DNA of 64,000 bases from Candidatus Krumholzibacteriia bacterium (lineage in GTDB: Bacteria > Krumholzibacteriota > Krumholzibacteriia > Krumholzibacteriales > Krumholzibacteriaceae): NCBI GenBank assembly GCA_963836185.1, contig CAWIIQ010000001.1:480001-544000 (forward strand), written 5' to 3'. Both the position numbers and the translations under genes were made by a program. Position 1 is the first letter of the stretch; every line of letters starts with the position of its first letter. Positions 61,224-64,000 of this stretch are shown piece after piece. Below the pieces are notes generated by a model. It did no database searches and had not been told where the DNA came from. It was given only the letters and a program-made list of their open reading frames with translations.

Positions 61224-61496
61224 GTCGATTCCTTTTCTGTGAAGTGCTCCTGATTACGTTGTTGTTAATGCTGTTGCATACTTCAAACAAAGTGAAGTAT
61301 ACAGATATTGAATTATGTTGTCAAGGGGGTAGCATCTTTTTGTCCCGCATAACGGCTGATATGTCAGGTGTTCGTCTGAAGCCATATCCCGTTGAAGAAA
61401 GGGGATATACGTGGTATAATGCGACCCGGCTAGAATCATGAAAAAATATATCCGGCATCGCTTCGAGGGGCAGTCTTGTCCCGGAAGGAGAGATTT

Positions 61497-62099
61497 ATGC
61501 GAAGAGATAGAGTAGGCCGCACCGCGGCCAGCCTGATCGTGCTGTCGCTTGTCCTGGCAGCGGCGCTCCTGCAGCCGCCAGGGCAGGCCGCGGCAGAAGA
61601 GGAGAAGGCTCCGGGGAATGTTGCTGAGAGTTCTTCATACAGTCTCAGCCGGGCCGTCTTCGGTTCAGCCGGCCGGCAGTCTTCAGGGGCGGCTTACTCG
61701 ATAAACGGCACACTCGGGCAGCCGCATCCGGTCGGGTCCGTCTCCGGTACGAACTACGGGATGTTCGCCGGATTCTGGAGCTGGATCGATCCTGTCGCTA
61801 CAGGCACGGACGATATGCCTCTCGCGTTCAGACTCTCCCAGAACTATCCAAACCCGTTCAATCCAGTTACGACAATAGACTATTCGATATCAGAGAAGGT
61901 TCCGGTCGACCTGGTGATATTCGATGTGTCCGGCCGCAGGGTTCGGACGCTTGTCAGGGAGAAGCAGCTTCCGGGCGGTTACTCGGTCGTCTGGGACGGC
62001 CGCAATGACGGAGGCAGCCCCGTTGCGTCAGGAATCTATTTCTATCGGCTGGCCGCCGGCAGAAACAGCGGTGTAAAAAAGATGGTCATCCTGAGATAG
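61497..62099 (+). CDS. Small secreted protein with FlgD-Ig C-terminal domain
   Basis: RBS AAGGAG plus ATG at 61497; signal peptide; short S/G-rich domain (GTLGQP...AGFW); QNYPNPFNP...KKMVILR*. Confidence 0.88.
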   Translation: MRRDRVGRTAASLIVLSLVLAAALLQPPGQAAAEEEKAPGNVAESSSYSLSRAVFGSAGRQSSGAAYSINGTLGQPHPVGSVSGTNYGMFAGFWSWIDPVATGTDDMPLAFRLSQNYPNPFNPVTTIDYSISEKVPVDLVIFDVSGRRVRTLVREKQLPGGYSVVWDGRNDGGSPVASGIYFYRLAAGRNSGVKKMVILR

Positions 62100-62112
62100 G
62101 GAGGAAAGAGCG

Positions 62113-64000
62113 ATGAGTAAAACTATCAAGGTTCTGGCGCTGATGACCGGGATGATTGTTCTCACCGTCTCGGTGAGCGCGCAGATACCCGGGCGCATCA
62201 ATTACCAGGGACTTGTCGTGGACAAAGAGACGGGCGAAAGCCTCGAGGGGCCGGTGGTCCTGACTTTCAGGCTGTTCAAGCTGGATGATTGCGACACCGG
62301 CACCCAGTCAGATGCGTTTTGGTCCGAGATACATACCTCGGTCGATCTGGACAACGGGATATTCAGCGTCATGCTCGGAAGTGTGACGGCCTTTCCCGAC
62401 AGCCTTAAATTCGACGAGGAGTATTGTCTCGGCATCGAACTGGATGGAGAGGAACTGCTGCCGCGGCAGCCTCTCTCATCGGTCGCCTATGCGATGAATT
62501 CTCTTCGGGCAGATACGGCGCTGACGGTCCTCGAGTATCCCTCTCACAACCACAACGATCTGTACTACACCGAAGCGGAACTCAACACCGCCGGGACGCT
62601 GAACGATCCTGCGAACCCGGTTGACTGGACGAACCTGAAGAACGTTCCGGCTGATTTTGCCGACGGGATAGATAATACATCCGCGGGGGGATTCCTCGAG
62701 GTCCTCGCTGGAGAGGGGCTTTCGGAAGAGGTGCTTGGGGACACCAAGGTCCTCTCCGTCACGCCCGGCGGGATCCAGGAGACGATGCTCGCAGACAGCG
62801 CGGTCACCGGGGACAAGATCCGCAGCAACTCGATCACTTCCTCGCAGATCGCCTCCGGTGCGGTCACCGCAAGCGAGATAGCTTCCGGGACTATCACCTC
62901 CGCGCAGATAGCGGCGAGCACGATCACGGCAGCCGAGATCTCCGGCAATACGATAACCGCGGCTCAGATCTCTCCTGCCGCGATCACCGCCAACGAGATA
63001 TCCGGCAACACCCTTACGGCCGATCAGCTGGCGACGGCCGCGGTCGACAGCGATGAGCTTGCCGACAGTTCTGTCACGACTGAAAAGATAGCCCCGGATG
63101 CCGTGACGGGAGCCGAGATTGCGGACAATGCGGTGACCACTTCGGAAATAGCCGACGGCACGGTCATGTTCGGTGATATCGGGCAGAACGGAGCCTCGGC
63201 AGGCCAGGTGATGATGTGGAACGGCTCGGCCTGGGTGCCTGACGACGACAGCGAAGGCGGAGTCGGGGACATCACTTCCGTTACGGCAGGCGCCGGATTG
63301 AGCGGCGGCGGGGACACCCTTGATGTGACGCTTGCCGTCGATTTTGCCGGTACAGGTACCGTCGATTCAGTGGCTAGAAGCGACCACGGCCACGATCTGA
63401 CTTATGTGAACGAAGGACAGATCGATGCGGTCAGCGGCGCGATGATCGTAGACGGGACGATCGGTTTCGAGGATATCGCTCAGAACGGAGCATTGGCCGG
63501 CCAGGTGATGAAGTGGGACGGTCTGGCCTGGGCCGCGGCGGATGATTCTGTCGGTGCCGGTGGATCCGGCAGCGGGGGATGGGCCGACGACGGGTCCGTT
63601 GTCAGGCTCGAGGCCGGCATCGATTCCGTGGGGATCGGGACGGCAATGCCGACGGAGAAACTCGATGTAGTCGGAAACATGCGCGTGAGTGGAACGGCTG
63701 TGACCGGACCGGGGCATAACATCCACCCCGGCGGTAACGGCATCAATATTACCGGGGAGAATCACGAGGCGGATGGCGACAATGTCATAATAGGCGGAGG
63801 TTCGGAGAACCAGGCGCATGGCGATCATACGACGGTCGCGGGCGGCTGGCAGAATACTGCCGATAGCGACTTCGCGACAGTCGGAGGAGGGACATTGAAC
63901 AGGGCCCTCGGAATGTATTCGGTCGTATCCGGTGGCGGAGGAGAATACTCCCACGAGGAAAACAGGGCGGAAGGCAATTACTGCGTGATCGGGGGAGGGA
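62113..64000 (+). CDS. Secreted phage-tail-fibre/adhesin-like repetitive protein; 3' partial; absent from the ORF track
   Basis: Read manually: MSKTIKVLALMTGMIVLTVSVSA-QIPGRINYQG...NGIFSVMLG...PRQPLSSVAYA...HNHNDLYYTE..., decapeptide repeats, GQVMxWxGxAW twice, VGIGT..P.EKLDVVG, then GG..N.A repeats. Open to the window end. Confidence 0.85.
   Translation, partial: MSKTIKVLALMTGMIVLTVSVSAQIPGRINYQGLVVDKETGESLEGPVVLTFRLFKLDDCDTGTQSDAFWSEIHTSVDLDNGIFSVMLGSVTAFPDSLKFDEEYCLGIELDGEELLPRQPLSSVAYAMNSLRADTALTVLEYPSHNHNDLYYTEAELNTAGTLNDPANPVDWTNLKNVPADFADGIDNTSAGGFLEVLAGEGLSEEVLGDTKVLSVTPGGIQETMLADSAVTGDKIRSNSITSSQIASGAVTASEIASGTITSAQIAASTITAAEISGNTITAAQISPAAITANEISGNTLTADQLATAAVDSDELADSSVTTEKIAPDAVTGAEIADNAVTTSEIADGTVMFGDIGQNGASAGQVMMWNGSAWVPDDDSEGGVGDITSVTAGAGLSGGGDTLDVTLAVDFAGTGTVDSVARSDHGHDLTYVNEGQIDAVSGAMIVDGTIGFEDIAQNGALAGQVMKWDGLAWAAADDSVGAGGSGSGGWADDGSVVRLEAGIDSVGIGTAMPTEKLDVVGNMRVSGTAVTGPGHNIHPGGNGINITGENHEADGDNVIIGGGSENQAHGDHTTVAGGWQNTADSDFATVGGGTLNRALGMYSVVSGGGGEYSHEENRAEGNYCVIGGG
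62758..63180 (+). repeat. About 14 tandem 30-nt (10-aa) coding repeats
   Basis: LADSAVTGDK IRSNSITSSQ IASGAVTASE IASGTITSAQ IAASTITAAE ISGNTITAAQ ... IADNAVTTSE IADGTVMFGD. Confidence 0.88.

Noticed and set aside
62113-64000. Prophage
   Set aside because: The fibre-like gene has a Sec signal peptide, and no capsid, terminase or integrase genes are nearby.

Overview
A 64-kb GC-rich bacterial chromosomal segment with no rRNA, tRNA, CRISPR array, integrase or transposase. Seven secreted proteins ending in a FlgD-Ig/T9SS-like C-terminal domain (PNPFNP...SGxYF...LLR), receptor-type Ser/Thr kinase-TPR proteins, many peptidases, NrfHA and Hdr/Qmo-like genes suggest an anaerobic, peptide-degrading member of the FCB-related Krumholzibacteriota/Latescibacterota-type lineages (inference). 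About a dozen genes carry 1-bp frameshifts, several at homopolymers, which probably reflect long-read consensus error, so I reconstructed those genes across frames. Main content: (i) a DUF134-Zn ribbon-DsrE-TusA-MvhD-HdrA-HdrA-wHTH-QmoC-like cluster with no Apr or HdrB; (ii) nrfHA; (iii) carAB; (iv) a sigma54-controlled cluster encoding an Asp-rich small protein, a SpeD-like decarboxylase, a GNAT, an ATP-grasp enzyme and a PLP decarboxylase; (v) an RHH-PIN toxin-antitoxin pair; (vi) a phage-tail-fibre-like secreted protein that the ORF track missed. The most unusual signal: at four or more loci the last 15-25 nt of a gene recur directly after its stop codon as degenerate tandem 'echoes', some differing from the gene only at synonymous or stop-preserving positions.
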